Shown: in pieces, positions 26,318 to 32,000 of the stretch | How the letters are laid out: every line of letters begins with the position of its first letter | Numbering within the stretch: position 1 is the stretch's first letter | Source of the DNA: Candidatus Thorarchaeota archaeon | GTDB taxonomy: Archaea > Asgardarchaeota > Thorarchaeia > Thorarchaeales > Thorarchaeaceae | Assembly: GCA_003345555.1 (NCBI GenBank) | Contig: PRDJ01000039.1 | Coordinates: forward strand, 1 to 32,000 | Direction of reading: 5' to 3' | DNA: 32,000 nucleotides | The notes under the pieces: model-generated | Seen by the model: only the letters and a program-made list of their open reading frames with translations | Database searches by the model: none | What the model was told of the DNA's origin: nothing | Made by a program: the position numbers and the translations under genes

Positions 26318-27972
26318 GTCAGCTTCAATCCGCATTTCGGACAGGATTTGCTGGCACCCGGTACTTCGCTTCCACACTTGGGACATTTTCCAGCATATCT
26401 GTCCCACTCTGCGATAACATGTTCCTTGACCCCTTCTTTCAACAACTGCCTTGCATCGATTTGATCCAAACCCGACTCCATTTGCGCCCGAGCTCCTCCA
26501 GCAAGGAGCATGTTGCCTTCGAGACATGTTTTCTGGAGGCTGTTCCTGAATGCCGAGATGGTTCCGGAAAGGTCAGAGATCATGGTTTGGAGATATCCGT
26601 CAAGGTTTCGGTCAACCGGGACCTCTTTGAGTGGAACAGAAAACCTCTCTGAGGGCAGCATCGAAGGCGTGAAGACCTTCGTCTCTCCAGCATCATATAT
26701 GGCAACAAACACTTCGATGTCGAGATGGGTCAAGGGAGCTAAATCCCTGATTCTGTTGCTTTCGAATTCAAACGCAGCGAGGTTCAGCGCCTCGGTTCTT
26801 AGTTCATCGATGCGCTGTCCAATTGCTCTCTTCAGTGCACCAACAGATTCTGTGGCCGCATCCAGAATCTCATCGAGCTCGTTCTCGTGTTCAGTGTGCT
26901 CCATATCGAACTCGACGATTCGATGCTGGTGTTCTCTAATCTGAGAGTCCAGCGATTCTGCTATCTTTGCCTTTTCCCCGTCTATTGTCCGAGTGAGAAC
27001 GGCCACCTTCTCGAGGGTTTGTGTCGCCTTCGCTTTTACATCGTCTATGCTCTCTGTGTATTGACTGATATGCCCTGAAAGGAAACCGACAAGACTATCG
27101 AATTCATCGATCGCCCCGTCTATGTCTTCTCCCTTTTGTCCAATGACGATGCGGCTCTCTCTTATCTTGTCAAGTATCTGAACAAAGAACTGCTCCAACG
27201 CCGTGCTTTCTCTTGCGAACTCTGCAGTAAGGGCGCGTAGACCGATTCTGTACTTCGTTTCAATGTCGGAGAGAGCATCTCTCTTCTTCTCTGCCATTTC
27301 TGCCGATTCAAGATTGACGATATCCTCCAGTGATTGTGATCGCCTCCTCCATCGTTCCTTCTCCGTCTTCACAGTGTCGGACAGAGTCTCGCCTCGCGAG
27401 GCGATTCTTTCCTCGGCAAGCCTCTGGAGTTCCTGGCAGGCCGCTATTCTGTTGTCTCGTGATTCTATGATATGTTGAAATTGCTGGCTTATACTGAGTG
27501 CTCCTTGCGAGTCGAGTCTGGAATCAGGTCTGTTAGGTCTGTATGTTGGTTCGGTCTCTTCAAACCAACTTGCTGTACTCACGACCGCATCTGGTTTTTC
27601 GAGGTGCCTGACGTAATCCGCTTTGCGTTCAACACTGCCTAGGTATGTCAATGCTTGCTCGACAGCTGGAGGGATATCTCTTGGCTCAGGGACCTCACCT
27701 AACGACTTCCTCAGAGATCCGGTCGCTGTATTCTCGGTGAACTCAAGGGCGGTGGTTCTGTCACTCATTTCAGAGAGCAGTATCGAGCTCGTGCTTGACA
27801 CCTGAACTATCCAGAATGGGATTGAGACTGGGGCGAGAATCGCGATTCTCTTCCCGGCACCATAAGAATCCGCTAGCATAAACCCGAGAGAAGTGGCGAT
27901 GTGGTTCGGCTCGCTCTTGGGCCTGCCACCGACCACGGAATTCGCAAAGCTCATACATATCTGACGGACCAT
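26314..27972 (-). CDS. Long coiled-coil protein with C-terminal double zinc ribbon
   Basis: Heptad-rich middle region; C-terminal CPKCGSEVPGASKSCPKCG. Start probably ATG 27972 after GAGGT. Confidence 0.8.
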   Translation of the reverse strand: MVRQICMSFANSVVGGRPKSEPNHIATSLGFMLADSYGAGKRIAILAPVSIPFWIVQVSSTSSILLSEMSDRTTALEFTENTATGSLRKSLGEVPEPRDIPPAVEQALTYLGSVERKADYVRHLEKPDAVVSTASWFEETEPTYRPNRPDSRLDSQGALSISQQFQHIIESRDNRIAACQELQRLAEERIASRGETLSDTVKTEKERWRRRSQSLEDIVNLESAEMAEKKRDALSDIETKYRIGLRALTAEFARESTALEQFFVQILDKIRESRIVIGQKGEDIDGAIDEFDSLVGFLSGHISQYTESIDDVKAKATQTLEKVAVLTRTIDGEKAKIAESLDSQIREHQHRIVEFDMEHTEHENELDEILDAATESVGALKRAIGQRIDELRTEALNLAAFEFESNRIRDLAPLTHLDIEVFVAIYDAGETKVFTPSMLPSERFSVPLKEVPVDRNLDGYLQTMISDLSGTISAFRNSLQKTCLEGNMLLAGGARAQMESGLDQIDARQLLKEGVKEHVIAEWDRYAGKCPKCGSEVPGASKSCPKCGLKLT

Positions 27973-28049
27973 ACCACTAACCTCTGACAGGCCGCCAGTG
28001 CACACTCGGGTAATTATGTGTTGTCGGTAATCAGCGTCAAATTACATCG

Positions 28050-29036
28050 CTAGATTGTCTTCACTAGCGAATCAACGACGTTGTATGTGCTCTCTGGTCT
28101 TCGCTCGCAGAACACGTGCGTATGTATTGTGTTGGATGTCACTATGCGTCCCCGACTCTTATCGACGAGGTTCTCAAGAAGCTGTTCACCCTTGTCCGCG
28201 AGTGGCATCACGTGAACCACAGCCAGTCCCACATCAGATGCGCCCTGAGCCTTGAGTCTCTCGGCTGCTTTCAGCAAAGTTGTGCCGCTCTTCGTTAAGT
28301 CGTCAATCAGAATGACCTTCTTACCTTTGACGCTCACATCTCCTGAAAGCTGCACCGAATAGGAGTTGTCGCGCTTCTTTCCGAAGCCCTCTACTGCGAA
28401 TCGCTCTTGACCTCCCTCGTCAGGGGTGACGATAGAGTACTTATCAAACCCAAACTTCGCAGCTGCGAACTTGATTAGGTCCGGCATGATATCGATTTCT
28501 TCGTAAACACCTTTAGCTGCGACTGCTTTCACCCATGGAAGATTCGGGTTTGCATGCGGATTGACGACCCACACTTTGTTGCATGCCCTTGCTATCTGCT
28601 CTGCCGCCCATTTGCATGATATTGCTTCGCCCGTCTTGAATGCTTTGTCTTGGAGAGCGAACGGTTGAAAAGTGAGGACGACCTCAACGTGAGAAGGGGA
28701 CACGATTGGCTCGCATTGGTACTGCTTATGACCCACTTCCTCTACACGACAGGGTTTTGCAAGAATGTCGAGTATCAGAAGTAGCTCCACCACTCGGTCA
28801 GATGTGGTAAACACTTCCTTGTCAGTTCGACTGGATCCAGTACAACTCTGAATAACGATAACCTTACGATCGGATAGCATTTCGACATCCGGAATGCGCG
28901 CGTATACGTCCGCATTGGGAAACATCCGTCGGCCATCATAGTTCATCGCGCATTTGAAAACACGATATCCATGCTTCTCAAAACCCTCTCTAAGGTGTTC
29001 AGCACCACTGGCAAGGACTACGTCGTATTCCTTCAT
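28050..29036 (-). CDS. Divergent ribose-phosphate pyrophosphokinase-like (two-domain PRTase) protein
   Basis: FPNADVYARI, KVIVIQS, LQDKAFKTGEAIS, VVNPH, VTPDEGG, VKGKKVILIDDLTKSGTTL, GLAVVH. Confidence 0.7.
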   Translation of the reverse strand: MKEYDVVLASGAEHLREGFEKHGYRVFKCAMNYDGRRMFPNADVYARIPDVEMLSDRKVIVIQSCTGSSRTDKEVFTTSDRVVELLLILDILAKPCRVEEVGHKQYQCEPIVSPSHVEVVLTFQPFALQDKAFKTGEAISCKWAAEQIARACNKVWVVNPHANPNLPWVKAVAAKGVYEEIDIMPDLIKFAAAKFGFDKYSIVTPDEGGQERFAVEGFGKKRDNSYSVQLSGDVSVKGKKVILIDDLTKSGTTLLKAAERLKAQGASDVGLAVVHVMPLADKGEQLLENLVDKSRGRIVTSNTIHTHVFCERRPESTYNVVDSLVKTI

Positions 29037-29201
29037 GTTCGTCAGGCCGCGAGGAACGGCCCTCTAATAGAGTTGTCCCCTTCCCAAGCTGGGAAAGGTC
29101 GGGGCCATTCTGTTTGGAATTCTTGTTCTTTGACATTGATATGACATGTACGACAACCTAAAATGAATTGTGTGGCGAAGGAAGCATAATAGAAAAGGTA
29201 C

Positions 29202-29930
29202 GTGCTCTTAGTGATTCTCACAGCCCGTGATCTGTTGCGAAAGATTGCCCAGGATTCGGGCCTAGACTACCCAGAGGTAGCTAAGCGGGTCAATCGAGAC
29301 ATGAGCAAGGGCAGGGGCTTTCTCCAGTCGGTGGGAATCATCGTTGAACAGATCGGGCTGAATCCTGAGCAGTACCGTTTAAACCCCGTATCAATAGTGG
29401 ATGAGGCATTGAGAATACTGCGTCGAGATTATTCGCAGACCCTAATGATGTCTGCAGTTCTGGCACGAATGGTGGAATCAGATGCAAAGGACGCTCTTCC
29501 TCCTCCCGCTTTTTTTGCTTTTCTTGAGTTACTATCGGCTATTCCAGACGCTCCCCAGCACAATAAGAGTGAACGGAGTGTCGCAGTGGATGAGGACACC
29601 ACTAGGGTCATTGAGCTCCTTACAACACTCGTTTCACTTGTGTGTGAGTGGTCGAAGGACGGGATTCGGGGAGTTGCCACGGACTGTCCGGAGTCCCTTG
29701 TTCCGATAGCCCGGTCTGTGTTTCGAAAGACCAAGCTTTACCAAGGGGGCCTCTGGACCTGCATATCGTGTGGAAGAATAGTGGGAATCAAAGAGACACA
29801 CGCGCTGGTCTGCGATGAGTGCGATGTAAAGATGTCTCGTGTTCTCCCAGTGGTGGATCGCTTGACTTCGAAGGAGCCTGAAAGAAGGGTCTACGGGCGT
29901 GCTGACCACGGTGAGCCTTTCAAGAGATAG
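29202..29930 (+). CDS. Hypothetical protein with C-terminal CxxC..CxxC zinc finger
   Basis: 242-aa ORF; WTCISCG..LVCDECD. Confidence 0.72.
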   Translation: MLLVILTARDLLRKIAQDSGLDYPEVAKRVNRDMSKGRGFLQSVGIIVEQIGLNPEQYRLNPVSIVDEALRILRRDYSQTLMMSAVLARMVESDAKDALPPPAFFAFLELLSAIPDAPQHNKSERSVAVDEDTTRVIELLTTLVSLVCEWSKDGIRGVATDCPESLVPIARSVFRKTKLYQGGLWTCISCGRIVGIKETHALVCDECDVKMSRVLPVVDRLTSKEPERRVYGRADHGEPFKR

Positions 29931-30087
29931 CTTCAAGGGTACCTCAATAACGAGATTGCCAGCGCCTTAGGGAGAAATAGTGTGACGTGGGTGTCCTCCG
30001 TGTCGGCAATGCGATATTCACGGGGGCCCGCACGTCTTTGGTTAATCTAGATCCGGATTCCGTCCCCTTTCGCCAGGCACCATCTGC

Positions 30088-30372
30088 CTAGTGATGAGTC
30101 AGGGCCTCTTCAACAACGCTGAGTGAGACCTTGGGACTTGCAGACTCCATTTCCTTTAGTTGCTTGCGCGCTTTCTCGGTAATCTCGAATCGAGGACCGC
30201 CTGTCAGAGACCAATCCCTGGACTCGACACGTCGAGCAAGCCCTGCCTTCTCGAGAGACTCAAGAATCGGCAACGGTTCTGCAATATTCGTATGCAATGA
30301 CACGAAACCCAGTGGGCAGGATCCCTTAGCCATATCCAGCGCTTGTAGTACAGTAATCATTTTCTTGTCCAT
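30088..30372 (-). CDS. Small winged-helix-like protein
   Basis: 94 aa; LPILESLEKAGLARR..FEITEKARKQL wing pattern; 24 nt downstream of gdhA. Confidence 0.65.
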   Translation of the reverse strand: MDKKMITVLQALDMAKGSCPLGFVSLHTNIAEPLPILESLEKAGLARRVESRDWSLTGGPRFEITEKARKQLKEMESASPKVSLSVVEEALTHH

Positions 30373-30396
30373 TCTTTCACCTCATTTCGTTCTTGA

Positions 30397-31623
30397 TCAA
30401 TGACTCCCCTTGTTGATGCGTCGTTCCATTGCTTTCTGGACCCTTTCCTTTGCAATCATCATTGCAACGGCCCTCGGAAGCATCACGACATCACCGCTGA
30501 TTGAGCTGGTCAACACCAGCTTCGTGTTCTCCCTGATCTTGGAATCGATCATGGCGAACGCTTCATCGATGCTCTTGCCAAGATACTCAGCATAAGAGCC
30601 TATCACGCCTCCAGAGTTGGCAAGCATATCGGGCAGAATTAGAATGCCCTTCTTGAAGAGTATCTCTTCTCCGGCTGGAGTCGTCGGGTTGTTTGCACCT
30701 TCAACTATGAGCCCTGCTCTGATCTTGCTTGCATTGCGGTCCGTGATGACATTTCCAACCGCAGCCGGAATCAGCACATCACATTCTACTTCGAGAACCT
30801 CGTCTCTGCCAATCTCTTTGGCTCCCTTGCAGTGTTTACAGGAGTGTGCCTCATCTGTTGCGTACGCATGCTTCATTGCTACGTCAATGTCAATGCCTTT
30901 GGCACTGTAAGCTCCTCCCCAGAAGTCTCCTATGGCTACGATTTTTGCACCCTTGCGAACGAGATACTTAGCCACTTCCGATCCCACATTGCCAAATCCA
31001 TGGATTGCGACTGTGAGACCATCGACTGTCTTTTGGACCGGGACAAACTCAGAGAGTATGCCTAGCGTTGTCTCTATACCGACCCCAAGTCCGAAACCCG
31101 TCGTTCCAAGTTCATGAGGAATTCCTCCCATTCTCTCAGGCTTTCCAGTTGCAGCCTTCTTGTCGCCAATGACTTCGACAAATGCTGCGATTTCTTCTTC
31201 ACCTACGTTCATGTCAGGGGCAGAAACCCATTCGTCTGGCACGTGAGCTGATACAGCTCTTGCGAATGACCTGACATAGGACAGCTTGTCAATTGAATAT
31301 GGATCTGCATTAATGCCGCCTTTGGCTCCTCCGAATGGAAGACCCGCAAGTGAGCATTTCCAGGTCATTGTCCTCGCTAGGCCGAAGACTTCATGCGGCG
31401 TTAGGCCTGCTCTGATTCTAAAGCCGCCCTTTCCTGGGCCCAGTGCCGTATTGTCTATGATGAGCATCCCTTCCATACCCAGGTTCGGGTCATAGACACG
31501 AAGGACCTTCTCAGGGCCCCATTTGTCACTGAAAGCAGCAACGTTAACATCCTCGAGCATTCGCTCGAGCATAGCCATCTGCTGCGATTGAACTTCTGTC
31601 GATGCATCCTTCAATGTTGCCAT
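30397..31623 (-). CDS. gdhA: Glutamate dehydrogenase (Glu/Leu/Phe/Val dehydrogenase family)
   Basis: GPGKGGFR, MTWKC, GGAKGGI, APDM, GFGNVG, IPAA, EGANNP, NSGGVIGSY. Confidence 0.9.
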   Translation of the reverse strand: MATLKDASTEVQSQQMAMLERMLEDVNVAAFSDKWGPEKVLRVYDPNLGMEGMLIIDNTALGPGKGGFRIRAGLTPHEVFGLARTMTWKCSLAGLPFGGAKGGINADPYSIDKLSYVRSFARAVSAHVPDEWVSAPDMNVGEEEIAAFVEVIGDKKAATGKPERMGGIPHELGTTGFGLGVGIETTLGILSEFVPVQKTVDGLTVAIHGFGNVGSEVAKYLVRKGAKIVAIGDFWGGAYSAKGIDIDVAMKHAYATDEAHSCKHCKGAKEIGRDEVLEVECDVLIPAAVGNVITDRNASKIRAGLIVEGANNPTTPAGEEILFKKGILILPDMLANSGGVIGSYAEYLGKSIDEAFAMIDSKIRENTKLVLTSSISGDVVMLPRAVAMMIAKERVQKAMERRINKGSH

Positions 31624-32000
31624 TCTTCATCGCTCTTCTGGCTTCTTTGTTGAAGCTCGTGCCTTTCTCGCCGAGTGGAGTACACTTAACTCCGGTGGAC
31701 CCCCGACCGGAGACCAGTGCCAAAGAATGTACCAAAGTGGCTTGGAAAGTGCATTTGCATACCATTCATCCAGACGTTATGTGCAGAAAGTACACTTATA
31801 GTGGGCTTGCCTACCGCTGGCATTTTTGGTATTGCATTCACACAAAAGTATTAATTATGTCACATTGGTCCCATCTGTGTGCCAGATCTTCTATCCGACA
31901 AGAGCAATCTCACTATTCTTGAGGAATTGGTATCGGGACAAGCGGTTGGTGTCAATCTTAGCGAACTTTCTCGGGTTCTAGGTCATCATAGGCACACAAT

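Noticed and set aside
31544-32000. ORFs 31544-31765 and 31602-31922 and a short GGAG/CTCC hairpin upstream of gdhA
   Set aside because: AT-richer intergenic or promoter sequence; the ORFs lack protein-like features and the hairpin is too short to call.
1-32000. tRNA, rRNA, CRISPR array, transposase or integrase
   Set aside because: No cloverleaf/TpsiC signature, repeat-spacer periodicity, or mobile-element motifs seen by eye; tRNAscan or Infernal would be needed to exclude short RNAs.

Overview
Gene-dense archaeal chromosomal window. An Asgard origin, probably Thorarchaeia, is inferred from an ESCRT-III/Snf7 gene, a presenilin-type GxGD protease, a short histone, and a Thr-rich, C-terminally anchored substrate-binding protein. 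The window holds a split, divergent Opp/Dpp peptide ABC transporter, housekeeping enzymes (PGI/PMI, WecB, SurE, ThrC, SerB-like, IMPase-like, nucleoside phosphorylase, PRPP-synthetase-like, GdhA) and several hypothetical membrane, zinc-ribbon or wHTH proteins. Top finding: a ChlI-like AAA+ ORF (19444-18251, minus strand) ends 12 nt after an A9G slippery run (GTA AAA AAA AAG). The -1 frame is open from that run into a ChlD-type vWA ORF (to 16773). This predicts a 397-aa soluble ATPase plus an approximately 890-aa frameshift fusion that carries a two-helix membrane hairpin between the AAA+ and vWA domains. Other notable items: the OppA appears circularly permuted; a 56-aa histone is missing from the ORF track; the Snf7 stands alone with a perfect 19-bp palindrome in its promoter; and one membrane protein has PKxKP repeats and an HhH domain. 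No rRNA, tRNA, CRISPR array or mobile element was recognised. All family assignments come from motif recognition by eye, without database searches.
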